This document shows, piece by piece, positions 10,240-21,064 of a DNA stretch of 64,000 bases. The notes beneath the pieces are model-generated. The model saw only the letters and a program-made list of their open reading frames with translations, made no database searches and was not told where the DNA came from. Source of the DNA: a virus. Lineage: Duplodnaviria; Heunggongvirae; Uroviricota; Caudoviricetes; Herelleviridae. Positions within the stretch are counted from its first letter, which is position 1. Each line of letters opens with the position of its first letter. Location of the stretch: the IMG/VR virus record IMGVR_UViG_2706796071_000001. One strand, written 5' to 3'. A program made the position numbers and the translations under genes.

Positions 10240-13200
10240 ATGGCAATTAATTTTAAAGGTTCACCTTATTTAGATAGATTTGACCCGTCTAAAGATAGAA
10301 CAAAAGTATTATTTAATCCTGATAGACCTCTACAACAGGCAGAATTAAATGAAATGCAGTCTATAGACCAATATTATTTAAAAAATCTAGGAGACGCTAT
10401 TTTTAAAGACGGAGATAAGCAATCAGGACTTGGATTCACATTGTCTGAAGATAATGTATTGACAGTAAACCCTGGTTATGTATATATCAACGGTAAAATA
10501 AGATATTACGATAATGATGATTCAGTTAAAATAACTGGTGTAGGTAAAGAAACTATCGGTATTAAGTTAACAGAACGTATTGTTACACCTGATGAAGATG
10601 CTAGCCTATTAGACCAAACTAGTGGGGTACCAAGTTACTTCTCTAAAGGTGCAGATAGATTAGAAGAAAAGATGTCATTAACAGTTAATGACCCTACCTC
10701 AGCAACTATTTATACTTTCATGGATGGAGATTTATATATCCAATCAACTAATGCTGAAATGGATAAAATCAATAAAGTATTAGCTGAGCGTACTTACGAT
10801 GAGTCAGGTTCATATAAAGTAAATGGTTTTGAACTATTCTCAGAAGGTAATGCTGAAGATGATGACCATGTTTCTGTAGTTGTAGATGCAGGTAAAGCAT
10901 ACGTAAAAGGTTTTAAAGTAGATAAACCAGTATCAACAAGAATTAGTGTACCTAAATCTTATGACTTAGGAACAGCAGAAAATGAAAGTACTATATTTAA
11001 TAAGTCTAATAACTCTATCAGTTTAGCTAATAGCCCTGTAAAAGAAATTAGACGTGTTACAGGTCAAGTACTTATTGAAAAAGAACGAGTTACAAGGGGA
11101 GCTCAAGGTGACGGTCAAGACTTTCTTTCAAATAACACAGCATTTGAAATTGTAAAAGTTTGGACTGAGACAAGCCCAGGAGTTACTACAAAAGAGTATA
11201 AACAAGGAGAAGACTTCAGATTAACAGATGGTCAAACTATTGACTGGTCACCTCAAGGTCAAGAACCTTCAGGTGGTACCTCATACTATGTTTCTTATAA
11301 ATATAATAAACGTATGGAAGCCGGTAAAGATTATGAAGTAACAACACAGGGTGAAGGGTTAAGTAAGAAATGGTACATTAACTTTACACCTTCAAATGGA
11401 GCTAAGCCTATTGACCAGACAGTAGTATTAGTAGATTATACTTATTATTTGGCACGTAAAGATTCAGTGTTTATTAATAAGTATGGTGATATTGCAATAT
11501 TACCTGGTGAACCTAATATTATGAGGTTAGTTACACCTCCATTAAATACAGACCCTGAGAACTTACAATTAGGTACTGTTACAGTATTACCTGATTCAGA
11601 TGAAGCAGTCTGTATTTCATTTGCAATTACTAGATTGTCTATGGAAGACTTACAGAAAGTTAAAACAAGAGTAGATAACTTAGAGTATAACCAAGCAGTA
11701 AATGCTTTAGATGATGGTGCTATGGAAGGACAGAACCCACTAACATTACGTTCAGTATTTAGTGAAGGTTTCATTAGTCTTGATAAAGCAGATATTACCC
11801 ATCCTGACTTCGGAATAGTATTTAGTTTTGAAGATGCAGAAGCTACTCTAGCTTATACAGAAGCCGTTAACCAACCTAAGATTATTCCTGGAGATACAAC
11901 AGCTCATATTTGGGGTAGATTAATTTCAGCACCATTTACTGAGGAACGTACAATCTATCAAGGTCAAGCATCAGAAACATTAAATGTTAACCCTTATAAT
12001 ATCCCTAATAAACAAGGTGTACTTAAGTTAACACCTAGTGAGGATAATTGGATTGATACTGAAAATGTTACAATTACTGAGCAAAAAACTAAGAAAGTAA
12101 CTATGAAACGATTTTGGAGACACAATGAAAGTTACTATGGTGAGACCGAACACTACTTGTACTCTAATTTACAATTAGACGCAGGTCAAAAGTGGAAAGG
12201 TGAAACTTACGCTTATGACAGAGAACACGGTCGTACAGGTACATTACTAGAATCAGGTGGTCAACGTACTTTAGAAGAGATGATTGAATTCATTAGAATT
12301 AGAGATGTATCCTTCGAGGTTAAAGGTCTAAACCCTAATGATAATAACTTATATTTATTATTTGATGGTGTAAGATGCCCTATTACCCCTGCAACTGGTT
12401 ACAGAAAAGGTTCTGAAGATGGAACTATTATGACAGATGCAAAAGGAACAGCTAAAGGTAAATTTACTATTCCTGCAGGTATTCGTTGTGGTAACCGAGA
12501 AGTTACACTCAAGAATGCTAACTCTACAAGTGCTACAACTTACACAGCTCAAGGACGTAAAAAAATCGTTCAAGATATTATTATTAGAACTCGTGTAACA
12601 GTAAACTTAGTAGACCCATTAGCACAATCATTCCAGTATGATGAGAACAGAACTATATCATCATTAGGTTTATACTTTGCTTCTAAAGGAGATAAGCAAT
12701 CTAACGTTGTTATCCAAATTAGAGGTATGGGTGACCAAGGTTATCCTAATAAAACAATTTATGCAGAGACAGTTATGAATGCAGATGATATTAAAGTATC
12801 TAACAATGCTAGTGCTGAAACTAGAGTATATTTTGATGACCCTATGATGGCTGAAGGCGGTAAAGAATATGCTATTGTTATTATTACTGAGAACAGTGAT
12901 TATACAATGTGGGTAGGTACTAGAACTAAGCCTAAGATTGATAAACCTAATGAGGTTATCTCAGGTAATCCATATCTTCAAGGTGTGTTATTTAGTTCAT
13001 CAAACGCATCAACATGGACTCCTCATCAAAACTCTGACCTTAAATTTGGTATCTATACTTCTAAATTTAATGAAACAGCAACAATTGAATTCGAACCAAT
13101 TAAAGATGTATCTGCAGATAGAATAGTTCTTATGTCTACGTACTTAACTCCTGAGAGAACAGGATGTACATGGGAAATGAAATTAATTCTAGATGACATG

Positions 13201-13698
13201 GCATCTTCTACAACATTCGACCAGTTGAAATGGGAACCTATTGGTAACTATCAAGATTTAGATGTTTTAGGTCTAGCAAGACAAGTTAAGCTAAGAGCAA
13301 CTTTCGAATCTAATAGATATATCTCACCATTAATGAGCTCTAGTGATTTAACATTCACTACATTCTTAACAGAATTAACAGGTTCATATGTTGGTAGAGC
13401 TATTGATATGACAGAGGCTCCTTACAATACAGTAAGATTTAGTTATGAAGCTTTCTTACCTAAAGGTACTAAAGTTGTTCCTAAGTACTCTGATGATGAC
13501 GGAAAAACTTGGAAAACATTTACTAAATCCCCTACAACTACTAGAGCCAATAATGAGTTTACACGCTACGTCATTGACGAGAAAGTAAAATCATCAGGAA
13601 CAAATACTAAACTACAGGTTAGATTAGATTTATCAACTGAAAATAGCTTTTTACGTCCTCGTGTTCGTAGACTTATGGTTACTACTAGGGATGAATAA
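10240..13698 (+). CDS. Adsorption-associated tail/baseplate fibre protein (DUF4815-like)
   Basis: PYLDRFD...VLFNPDRPLQQAELNEMQ, ERTYDESGSY, DPLAQSF motifs; 1152 aa. Confidence 0.8.
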   Translation: MAINFKGSPYLDRFDPSKDRTKVLFNPDRPLQQAELNEMQSIDQYYLKNLGDAIFKDGDKQSGLGFTLSEDNVLTVNPGYVYINGKIRYYDNDDSVKITGVGKETIGIKLTERIVTPDEDASLLDQTSGVPSYFSKGADRLEEKMSLTVNDPTSATIYTFMDGDLYIQSTNAEMDKINKVLAERTYDESGSYKVNGFELFSEGNAEDDDHVSVVVDAGKAYVKGFKVDKPVSTRISVPKSYDLGTAENESTIFNKSNNSISLANSPVKEIRRVTGQVLIEKERVTRGAQGDGQDFLSNNTAFEIVKVWTETSPGVTTKEYKQGEDFRLTDGQTIDWSPQGQEPSGGTSYYVSYKYNKRMEAGKDYEVTTQGEGLSKKWYINFTPSNGAKPIDQTVVLVDYTYYLARKDSVFINKYGDIAILPGEPNIMRLVTPPLNTDPENLQLGTVTVLPDSDEAVCISFAITRLSMEDLQKVKTRVDNLEYNQAVNALDDGAMEGQNPLTLRSVFSEGFISLDKADITHPDFGIVFSFEDAEATLAYTEAVNQPKIIPGDTTAHIWGRLISAPFTEERTIYQGQASETLNVNPYNIPNKQGVLKLTPSEDNWIDTENVTITEQKTKKVTMKRFWRHNESYYGETEHYLYSNLQLDAGQKWKGETYAYDREHGRTGTLLESGGQRTLEEMIEFIRIRDVSFEVKGLNPNDNNLYLLFDGVRCPITPATGYRKGSEDGTIMTDAKGTAKGKFTIPAGIRCGNREVTLKNANSTSATTYTAQGRKKIVQDIIIRTRVTVNLVDPLAQSFQYDENRTISSLGLYFASKGDKQSNVVIQIRGMGDQGYPNKTIYAETVMNADDIKVSNNASAETRVYFDDPMMAEGGKEYAIVIITENSDYTMWVGTRTKPKIDKPNEVISGNPYLQGVLFSSSNASTWTPHQNSDLKFGIYTSKFNETATIEFEPIKDVSADRIVLMSTYLTPERTGCTWEMKLILDDMASSTTFDQLKWEPIGNYQDLDVLGLARQVKLRATFESNRYISPLMSSSDLTFTTFLTELTGSYVGRAIDMTEAPYNTVRFSYEAFLPKGTKVVPKYSDDDGKTWKTFTKSPTTTRANNEFTRYVIDEKVKSSGTNTKLQVRLDLSTENSFLRPRVRRLMVTTRDE

Positions 13699-13701
13699 AC
13701 T

Positions 13702-13730
13702 AGAGGGGTTGATTGACCCCTCTTTATTTA
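13702..13730 (+). terminator. Rho-independent terminator
   Basis: AGAGGGGT/ACCCCTCT stem followed by TTATTT. Confidence 0.7.
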
Positions 13731-13746
13731 ATAAGGAGAGATTTAT

Positions 13747-13905
13747 ATGCCTAGAGAAGTTAGAGACCCTTATTCTCAAGCTAAATTATTTATACCTACA
13801 GTTGAGGAAAAATCAATTAAGGAATTAGAAAAAACATACAAAGAAAAAATTGATGAAGCTACTAAGTTAATCAATGAATTAAAGAAAGAGAGAGGAGAAA
13901 AATAG
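13747..13905 (+). CDS. Small coiled-coil protein (52 aa), absent from the ORF track
   Basis: AAGGAGAG RBS; MPREVRDPYSQAKLFIPTVEEKSIKELEK...GEK; stop abuts the next ATG. Confidence 0.8.
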   Translation: MPREVRDPYSQAKLFIPTVEEKSIKELEKTYKEKIDEATKLINELKKERGEK

Positions 13906-15825
13906 ATGGCATTTAACTACACGCCTCTTACTGAAACACAGAAGTTAAAAGATATGTATCCTAAAGTTAATGATATAGGTAACTTTTTAAAAACAGAAGT
14001 TAACCTTAGTGATGTAAAACAAATATCACAACCTGACTTTAATAATATTTTAGCATCTATACCTGATAGTGGTAACTACTATGTAACTAATTCAAAAGGT
14101 GCTCCTAGTGGAGAAGCTACGGCAGGATTTGTAAGATTGGATAAAAGAAATGTAAATTATTATAAAATTTACTATTCACCATATAGTAGTAATAAAATGT
14201 ATATCAAGACTTATGCTAATGGTACTATATATGATTGGATTAGTTTTAAATTAGATGAAGGTAATTTATACAATGAAGGTAATACTTTAAATGTAAAGGA
14301 ACTCACTGAATCTACAACTCAGTATGCAACACTAGTTAATCCTCCAAAAGAGAACTTAAGTACAGGGTGGGTTAATTACAAAGAAAGTAAAAATGGTGTT
14401 TCTTCTTTAGTAGAATTTAACCCGGTTAATTCCACTTCAACTTTTAAGATGATAAGAAAATTACCAGTACAAGAACAAAAGCCTAACTTATTGAAAGATA
14501 GTTTATTTGTTTATCCTGAAACTAGCTCTTCAAATATCAAAACAGATAATTGGAATACACCTCCTTTTTGGGGATACACAGCTAATAGTGGTCGTTCAGG
14601 GGTTAGATTTAGAGGAGAGAATACTATACAGATTGATGATGGTAGTAGCACATACCCTACTGCAATGACTAATAGATTTAAGATGGGTAATGAGCTTTCT
14701 GTAGGTGATACAATTACTGTATCTGTATATGCTAAAATTAATGACCCTGCATTACTTAAAGATAACTTAGTTTACTTTGAACTAGCAGGGTATGATACGG
14801 TAGATAGAACTGATAATCCTTATACAGGAGGACGTAGAGAAATAACAGCAAGTGAGATAACAACTGAGTGGAAAAAATACTCTTTCACATTCACGATACC
14901 TGAAAATACAACTGGAGCCTCAGGAGTTAAAGTTAACTATGTATCTTTACTTTTAAGAATGAATTGTTCATCTAGTAAAGGTAATGGTGCTGTAGTATAC
15001 TATGCCTTACCTAAATTAGAAAAATCATCTAAAGTTACACCATTTATCACACATGAAAATGATGTTCGTAAATATGATGAGATTTGGTCTAACTGGCAAG
15101 AAGTTATTAGTAAAGATGAATTAAAAGGTCACTCCCCTGTAGATATCGAATATAATGATTATTTTAAATATCAGTGGTGGAAATCTGAAGTTAATGAAAA
15201 GAGTTTAAAAGATTTAGCTATGACAGTACCTCAAGGATATCATACATTTTATTGTCAAGGCTCTATTGCCGGGACGCCTAAGGGACGTTCTATTAGAGGA
15301 ACCATTCAGGTAGATTATGACAAAGGTGACCCCTACAGAGCTAATAAGTTTGTTAAATTATTGTTTACTGACACAGAAGGTATACCTTATACATTATACT
15401 ACGGAGGGTATAATCAAGGTTGGAAACTCTTAAAGCAATCAGAAACTTCTACTTTACTATGGGAAGGTACTTTAGATTTTGGGTCTACGGAAGCTGTTAA
15501 CTTAAATGACTCATTAGATAATTATGATTTAATTGAGGTAACTTATTGGACTCGTTCAGCAGGACATTTTTCTACAAAAAGATTAGATATAAAAAATACA
15601 TCAAATTTACTGTATATTAGAGACTTTAATATTTCAAATGATAGTACAGGTTCTAGTGTAGACTTTTTTGAAGGGTATTGCACTTTCCCTACTAGAGCAT
15701 CAGTACAACCTGGTATGGTAAAATCTATAACTTTAGATGGGTCTACAAATACAACAAAAGTAGCATCATGGAATGAAAAGGAACGTATAAAGGTATACAA
15801 TATTATGGGAATTAATAGAGGATAA
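13906..15825 (+). CDS. Receptor-binding protein with carbohydrate-binding domain (639 aa)
   Basis: PNLLKDS CBM-like start; C-terminal LLWEG...NLNDSLDNYDLIEV fibre domain; position of a known Kayvirus RBP. Confidence 0.8.
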   Translation: MAFNYTPLTETQKLKDMYPKVNDIGNFLKTEVNLSDVKQISQPDFNNILASIPDSGNYYVTNSKGAPSGEATAGFVRLDKRNVNYYKIYYSPYSSNKMYIKTYANGTIYDWISFKLDEGNLYNEGNTLNVKELTESTTQYATLVNPPKENLSTGWVNYKESKNGVSSLVEFNPVNSTSTFKMIRKLPVQEQKPNLLKDSLFVYPETSSSNIKTDNWNTPPFWGYTANSGRSGVRFRGENTIQIDDGSSTYPTAMTNRFKMGNELSVGDTITVSVYAKINDPALLKDNLVYFELAGYDTVDRTDNPYTGGRREITASEITTEWKKYSFTFTIPENTTGASGVKVNYVSLLLRMNCSSSKGNGAVVYYALPKLEKSSKVTPFITHENDVRKYDEIWSNWQEVISKDELKGHSPVDIEYNDYFKYQWWKSEVNEKSLKDLAMTVPQGYHTFYCQGSIAGTPKGRSIRGTIQVDYDKGDPYRANKFVKLLFTDTEGIPYTLYYGGYNQGWKLLKQSETSTLLWEGTLDFGSTEAVNLNDSLDNYDLIEVTYWTRSAGHFSTKRLDIKNTSNLLYIRDFNISNDSTGSSVDFFEGYCTFPTRASVQPGMVKSITLDGSTNTTKVASWNEKERIKVYNIMGINRG

Positions 15826-15846
15826 AGAAAGGTGGAATAAAAAACT

Positions 15847-16218
15847 ATGGCTGTTAAATATGATATAGGTAATAATGAGATAGTATTACACTTAAGAGAA
15901 GGTAAATATATAACAGGGTTTACAACAGTAGGAGGGTATGACAAGGAGTTAGGTCAAGTAAAAGTTAATAGAGAAATCTTACCTGCTTACTTCTTTGATA
16001 ATTTTGCCTATGAAAGATATTTGTATTATAGTAAACCTGAAGAGGTTATAGAAAATAAAAACTATGTACCACCACAAATCAATGATGATGAGGAATCCCA
16101 ACAAATTACTGTACCTAAAGAACAATATGATAGTTTAAAAGAAGAACTAGAGCTTATGAGAAAACAACAAGAAGCTATGATGGAAATGCTTCAAAAGCTC
16201 TTAGGTCAAAAGGGGTAA
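15847..16218 (+). CDS. Tail fibre assembly chaperone-like protein (DUF2977-like)
   Basis: ITGFTTVGGY...LPAYFFDNF..ERYLY...VIENKNY resembles DUF2977 proteins found after staphylococcal phage fibres; C-terminal coiled coil. Confidence 0.5.
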   Translation: MAVKYDIGNNEIVLHLREGKYITGFTTVGGYDKELGQVKVNREILPAYFFDNFAYERYLYYSKPEEVIENKNYVPPQINDDEESQQITVPKEQYDSLKEELELMRKQQEAMMEMLQKLLGQKG

Positions 16219-16224
16219 TTATAA

Positions 16225-17601
16225 ATGGCATTAAATTTTACTACAATAACGGAAAACAATGTTATTAGAGACCTGACTACTCAGGTCAATAACATTGGAG
16301 AAGAATTAACAAAAGAAAGAAATATATTTGACATTACCGATGATTTAGTTTATAATTTTAATAAATCACAGAAAATTAAACTAACTGATGATAAAGGATT
16401 AACTAAATCTTATGGAAACATAACAGCCCTTAGAGATATAAAAGAACCTGGTTACTATTATATTGGAGCTAGAACATTAGCAACGTTATTAGATAAGCCT
16501 GACATGGAGTCTATTGATGTTGTATTACATGTAGTACCTCTTGACACTTCTAGTAAAGTAGTTCAACATTTATATACACTATCTACTAATAATAACCAAA
16601 TTAAAATGTTATATAGATTTGTCTCAGGAAACTCTAGTTCAGAATGGCAATTTATTCAAGGATTACCTAGTAATAAAAATGCTGTTATATCAGGTACTAA
16701 TATTTTAGATATATCTTCACCAGGTGTTTATTTTGTTATGGGAATGACAGGAGGTATGCCTAGTGGTGTAGATTCAGGTTTTTTAGATTTAAGTGTAGAT
16801 TCTAATGACAATAGACTAGCTAGGTTAACTGACGCTGAAACTGGTAAAGAGTATACTAGTATTAAGAAACCTACAGGAGTATACACAGACTGGAAAAAAG
16901 AATTTGAACCAAAAGATATGGAGAAATATTTATTAAGTAGTATTAGAGACGATGGTAGTGCATCATTCCCACTTCTAGTTTATACTAGTGATAATAAAAC
17001 ATTCCAACAAGCTATTATAGACCATATAGATAGAACAGGTCAAACAACTTTTACTTTCTACGCTCAAGGTGGTGTGTCAGGTTCACCTATGTCTAATAGT
17101 TGTCGAGGATTATTCATGTCTGATACACCTAACACGTCTAGTTTACACGGTGTCTATAATGCTATAGGTACGGATGGTAGAAACGTAACAGGTTCAGTGG
17201 TAGGAGGTAATTGGACTTCACCAAAAACATCTCCTTCTCATAAAGAATTATGGACGGGAGCACAGTCATTCTTATCTACAGGAACTACTAAGAATTTATC
17301 AGATGATATCAGTAACTATTCTTATGTAGAGGTCTATACTAAACATAAGACAACAGAGAAAACTAAAGGTAATGATGATACAGGTACAATTTGCCATAAG
17401 TTTTATCTAGATGGCAGTGGTACTTACGTTTGTTCAGGTACATTTGTATCGGGAGATAGAACAGATACAAAACCACCTATTACAGAGTTTTATAGAGTGG
17501 GTGTATCTTTCAAAGGTTCAACATGGACTCTTGTAGATAGTGCAGTACAAAATAGTAAAACTCAATATGTTACAAGAATTATAGGTATTAATATGCCATA
17601 G
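16225..17601 (+). CDS. Receptor-binding protein (458 aa)
   Basis: IKEPGYYY and SSPGVYFV fibre repeats; C-terminal ELWTG...NLSDDISNYSYVEV; position of the second Kayvirus RBP. Confidence 0.8.
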   Translation: MALNFTTITENNVIRDLTTQVNNIGEELTKERNIFDITDDLVYNFNKSQKIKLTDDKGLTKSYGNITALRDIKEPGYYYIGARTLATLLDKPDMESIDVVLHVVPLDTSSKVVQHLYTLSTNNNQIKMLYRFVSGNSSSEWQFIQGLPSNKNAVISGTNILDISSPGVYFVMGMTGGMPSGVDSGFLDLSVDSNDNRLARLTDAETGKEYTSIKKPTGVYTDWKKEFEPKDMEKYLLSSIRDDGSASFPLLVYTSDNKTFQQAIIDHIDRTGQTTFTFYAQGGVSGSPMSNSCRGLFMSDTPNTSSLHGVYNAIGTDGRNVTGSVVGGNWTSPKTSPSHKELWTGAQSFLSTGTTKNLSDDISNYSYVEVYTKHKTTEKTKGNDDTGTICHKFYLDGSGTYVCSGTFVSGDRTDTKPPITEFYRVGVSFKGSTWTLVDSAVQNSKTQYVTRIIGINMP

Positions 17602-17629
17602 ACTAGGAAACTTATCCTAGTCTTTTTTT
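17600..17629 (+). terminator. Rho-independent terminator ending the structural module
   Basis: AGACTAGGA/TCCTAGTCT stem plus T-tract. Confidence 0.9.
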
Positions 17630-17630
17630 C

Positions 17631-17659
17631 TTGACTTAGGGAGCATTATGTGGTATACT
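17631..17659 (+). promoter_or_regulatory. SigmaA-type promoter for the replication module
   Basis: TTGACT-17bp-TATACT with TGG extension. Confidence 0.8.
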
Positions 17660-17690
17660 ATAACTCGTGTAAGGATATAAGGAGACTAAA

Positions 17691-19439
17691 ATGAGATTAA
17701 GAATTAAGAACTTATATACCTATGTAGAATTTGAGGAGGATGATAAATACTTAAAAGATATATTTTTAAAGAGAGTTCATACTACTATAGGAGCAAGGCA
17801 AGAAGGTTTTCAATATAGCCCTGCGTACAAAAGAGGTAGTTGGGATGGTTATGTAGACTTTTATGTTTATGAGGAAGATAAATTCCCTACTGGACTTTTA
17901 TTTAAAATTGAGTTATTATTAGGTGAGTTACAATCAAGGTATAACTTCCAGTTTGAAACAATTGATGAGCGTGATGAAAGTTTCTTATCTGAAGAAGATA
18001 TTGATGATGAGATAACATTGCTTGATAATAATATCGGTCAAATTACCTTAAGAGATTACCAATATGAAGCAGTGTACAATAGCTTAACATTTTACAATGG
18101 TATTGCTCACTTAGCTACTAATGGCGGTAAAACTGAAGTTGCTAGTGGTATTATAGACCAATTATTACCTCAATTAGAAAAGGGTGAAAGAGTAGCATTC
18201 TTCACAGGCTCTACAGAGATATTCCATCAGTCTGCAGATAGACTACAAGAACGTTTAAATATTCCTATTGGTAAAGTAGGTGCAGGTAAATTTGATGTTA
18301 AGCAGGTTACAGTTGTAATGATACCTACTTTAAATGCAAACCTTAAAGACCCAACACAAGGGGTAAAGGTTACACCTAAACAAAATATTAGTAAAAAGAT
18401 TGCTCAAGAGATATTACCTAAATTTGAAGGTGGAACAAATCAAAAGAAATTACTAAAAGTATTACTTGATAACACAACACCTAAAACAAAAGTAGAACAA
18501 AACGTATTAAGTGCCTTAGAGATAATTTACCAAAATAGTAAGACAGATGCAGAAGTTTTATTAAACTTAAGAAATCATAATGCACATTTTCAAAAAATTG
18601 TTAGAGAAAAGAACGAAAAGAAATATGATAAATATCAAGATATGAGAGATTTTTTAGACTCAGTTACAGTTATGATAGTTGATGAGGCACACCATTCTAA
18701 ATCTGATTCTTGGTACAATAATCTAATGACATGTGAAAAAGCTTTATATAGAATTGCATTAACAGGGTCTATAGATAAAAAAGATGAATTACTTTGGATG
18801 AGATTACAGGCTCTATTCGGTAATGTTATTGCACGAACTACTAATAAGTTTTTAATTGATGAAGGTCATTCTGCTAGACCAACAATAAATATTATACCTG
18901 TAGCTAATCCTAATGACATAGATAGAATTGATGATTATAGGGAAGCTTACGATAAAGGTATAACAAATAATGATTTTAGAAATAAACTTATTGCAAAACT
19001 AACAGAAAAGTGGTATAATCAAGATAAAGGTACACTGATTATTGTAAACTTCATTGAACATGGAGACACGATATCAGAAATGTTAAATGATTTAGATGTA
19101 GAGCACTACTTCTTACATGGAGAAATAGACTCTGAAACTAGGAGAGAAAAATTAAATGATATGAGAAGTGGTAAGCTTAAAGTAATGATAGCTACATCAC
19201 TTATTGATGAGGGTGTAGATATATCCGGTATTAATGCACTAATATTAGGTGCAGGAGGCAAGTCATTAAGACAAACATTGCAACGTATTGGTCGTGCTTT
19301 ACGTAAGAAAAAAGACGATAATACAACACAAATATTTGATTTTAATGATATGACAAATAGATTTTTATATACTCATGCTAATGAGCGTAGGAAAATTTAT
19401 GAAGAGGAAGATTTTGAAATAAAAGACTTAGGAAAATAG
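17691..19439 (+). CDS. Superfamily 2 DNA helicase (UvsW-like)
   Basis: LRDYQ Q-motif, ATNGGKT Walker A, DEAH box, LTGS, QRIGRALR. Confidence 0.92.
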   Translation: MRLRIKNLYTYVEFEEDDKYLKDIFLKRVHTTIGARQEGFQYSPAYKRGSWDGYVDFYVYEEDKFPTGLLFKIELLLGELQSRYNFQFETIDERDESFLSEEDIDDEITLLDNNIGQITLRDYQYEAVYNSLTFYNGIAHLATNGGKTEVASGIIDQLLPQLEKGERVAFFTGSTEIFHQSADRLQERLNIPIGKVGAGKFDVKQVTVVMIPTLNANLKDPTQGVKVTPKQNISKKIAQEILPKFEGGTNQKKLLKVLLDNTTPKTKVEQNVLSALEIIYQNSKTDAEVLLNLRNHNAHFQKIVREKNEKKYDKYQDMRDFLDSVTVMIVDEAHHSKSDSWYNNLMTCEKALYRIALTGSIDKKDELLWMRLQALFGNVIARTTNKFLIDEGHSARPTINIIPVANPNDIDRIDDYREAYDKGITNNDFRNKLIAKLTEKWYNQDKGTLIIVNFIEHGDTISEMLNDLDVEHYFLHGEIDSETRREKLNDMRSGKLKVMIATSLIDEGVDISGINALILGAGGKSLRQTLQRIGRALRKKKDDNTTQIFDFNDMTNRFLYTHANERRKIYEEEDFEIKDLGK

Positions 19440-19450
19440 GAGGGTAAGAG

Positions 19451-21064
19451 ATGGCAACAAAAACACAAAGAAAGCTATACCAATATCTAGAGGAAAATGC
19501 TACAGAAAATAAATTTCATATTTCTACTAAGAAAGAGCTAGCAGATTCTCTAGGTGTTTCCATCTCTGCTTTATCCAATAACCTTAAAAAGTTAGAAGAA
19601 GAAAATAAAGTCGTTACTGTTTCTAAAAGAGGAAAAAACGGCGGGGTAATAATAACTTTAGTTAGAGAGTATGACACAGAAGAATTGAAAGAATTCAATA
19701 ATTCTATAGATAATATTATTACTTCCGATTTACAGTATGCTAAGGCATTAAGAGAAAAGCACTTCCCTTCTTATAGATATGAGAGAAAAGAACAACGTAG
19801 ACGTACTAAAATAGAAATGGCACAATATAATGCCATTAAGGATGAGAAGAGAAGAATTATAGCAGATATGAACTTCTATTCAGAAGGTCTTCCTTACCCT
19901 TCTAAAGATATTTTTAATATGTCTTATGACCCGGAAGGATTTTATAAAGCATACATTCTATGTAAGTTATATGACCAATATGCTATTTCTCATATGGATG
20001 CTAAACATACAAGTCACCTTAAAGCAATGAGTAAGGCAACAACTAAAGATGAATATGACTATCATCAACATATGTCTGAATACTATAGAAATAAAATGAT
20101 TCAAAACTTACCTAGAAATAGCGTTAGTGATAATTTCTTTGGTAGTAAAATGTTTAATACCTTTTATAATTTTTATTTAAAAATAAAAGATAAAAATATT
20201 AATGTATTTAAATATATGCAAAACGTATTTAAAAATGTAACATTTTATTATGAGAACGGTATGCAACCTAATCCAATACCTTCTCCTAACTTCTTTAGTT
20301 CAGATAAGTATTTTAAAAACTATAATAATTATATTAAAGGAATAAAAAAAGGCGTTAACAGTACGAATAGACACCTAGGTGATACAGACAGCATCATTAA
20401 CTCATCAGACTATGTGAAAAACCCTGCTGTATTACAGCTACACCAACTATATACTACAGGATTAAATTCTACTTTACATGATATTGATACTATGTTTGAA
20501 CAAGCCTTAGACCTTGAAAATGCCTCCTATGGATTATTTGGAGATATGAAACACATTATCTTACTACAGTATAATTCTATGATTGAAGAAGAAATTAGGA
20601 ACTTACCTACAGAAGAGAAGAATATTATTAATAAGTATGTAAAACAATGCATAATTAACGATTATTCACCAACAAGTATCTCACCATCTGCAAGACTATC
20701 AATGTTTACTATGCAGAAAGAGCATATAGTTTATAATAAACAGTTAAACAAAGGAATCAAGAGAGAAGATTTATTACCATTAAGTTTAGGTGGTATAGTG
20801 AATAAAGATTCACTAAGTGGTATAGATATACAAAACTTAGAACAGAATGGTAATGAGTACCTATATATGAGACAACACACTTCAACTTATTATATACTAA
20901 GAATGTTTGGTGACTATCTAGGATATGAAGTAAACCTAAGAGAAGTAAAATATATTGTAGAGAAATATAATTTAATTGATAAAATACCATTGACAAAAGA
21001 GGGTATGTTGGATTATAATAAACTTATACATTTAGTAGAGGAAGAGGTTAATAACTATGAGTAA
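19451..21064 (+). CDS. HTH-containing replication/regulatory (Rep-like) protein
   Basis: N-terminal KKELADSLGVSISALSNNLKKLEEE winged HTH; lies between two helicases. Confidence 0.65.
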   Translation: MATKTQRKLYQYLEENATENKFHISTKKELADSLGVSISALSNNLKKLEEENKVVTVSKRGKNGGVIITLVREYDTEELKEFNNSIDNIITSDLQYAKALREKHFPSYRYERKEQRRRTKIEMAQYNAIKDEKRRIIADMNFYSEGLPYPSKDIFNMSYDPEGFYKAYILCKLYDQYAISHMDAKHTSHLKAMSKATTKDEYDYHQHMSEYYRNKMIQNLPRNSVSDNFFGSKMFNTFYNFYLKIKDKNINVFKYMQNVFKNVTFYYENGMQPNPIPSPNFFSSDKYFKNYNNYIKGIKKGVNSTNRHLGDTDSIINSSDYVKNPAVLQLHQLYTTGLNSTLHDIDTMFEQALDLENASYGLFGDMKHIILLQYNSMIEEEIRNLPTEEKNIINKYVKQCIINDYSPTSISPSARLSMFTMQKEHIVYNKQLNKGIKREDLLPLSLGGIVNKDSLSGIDIQNLEQNGNEYLYMRQHTSTYYILRMFGDYLGYEVNLREVKYIVEKYNLIDKIPLTKEGMLDYNKLIHLVEEEVNNYE

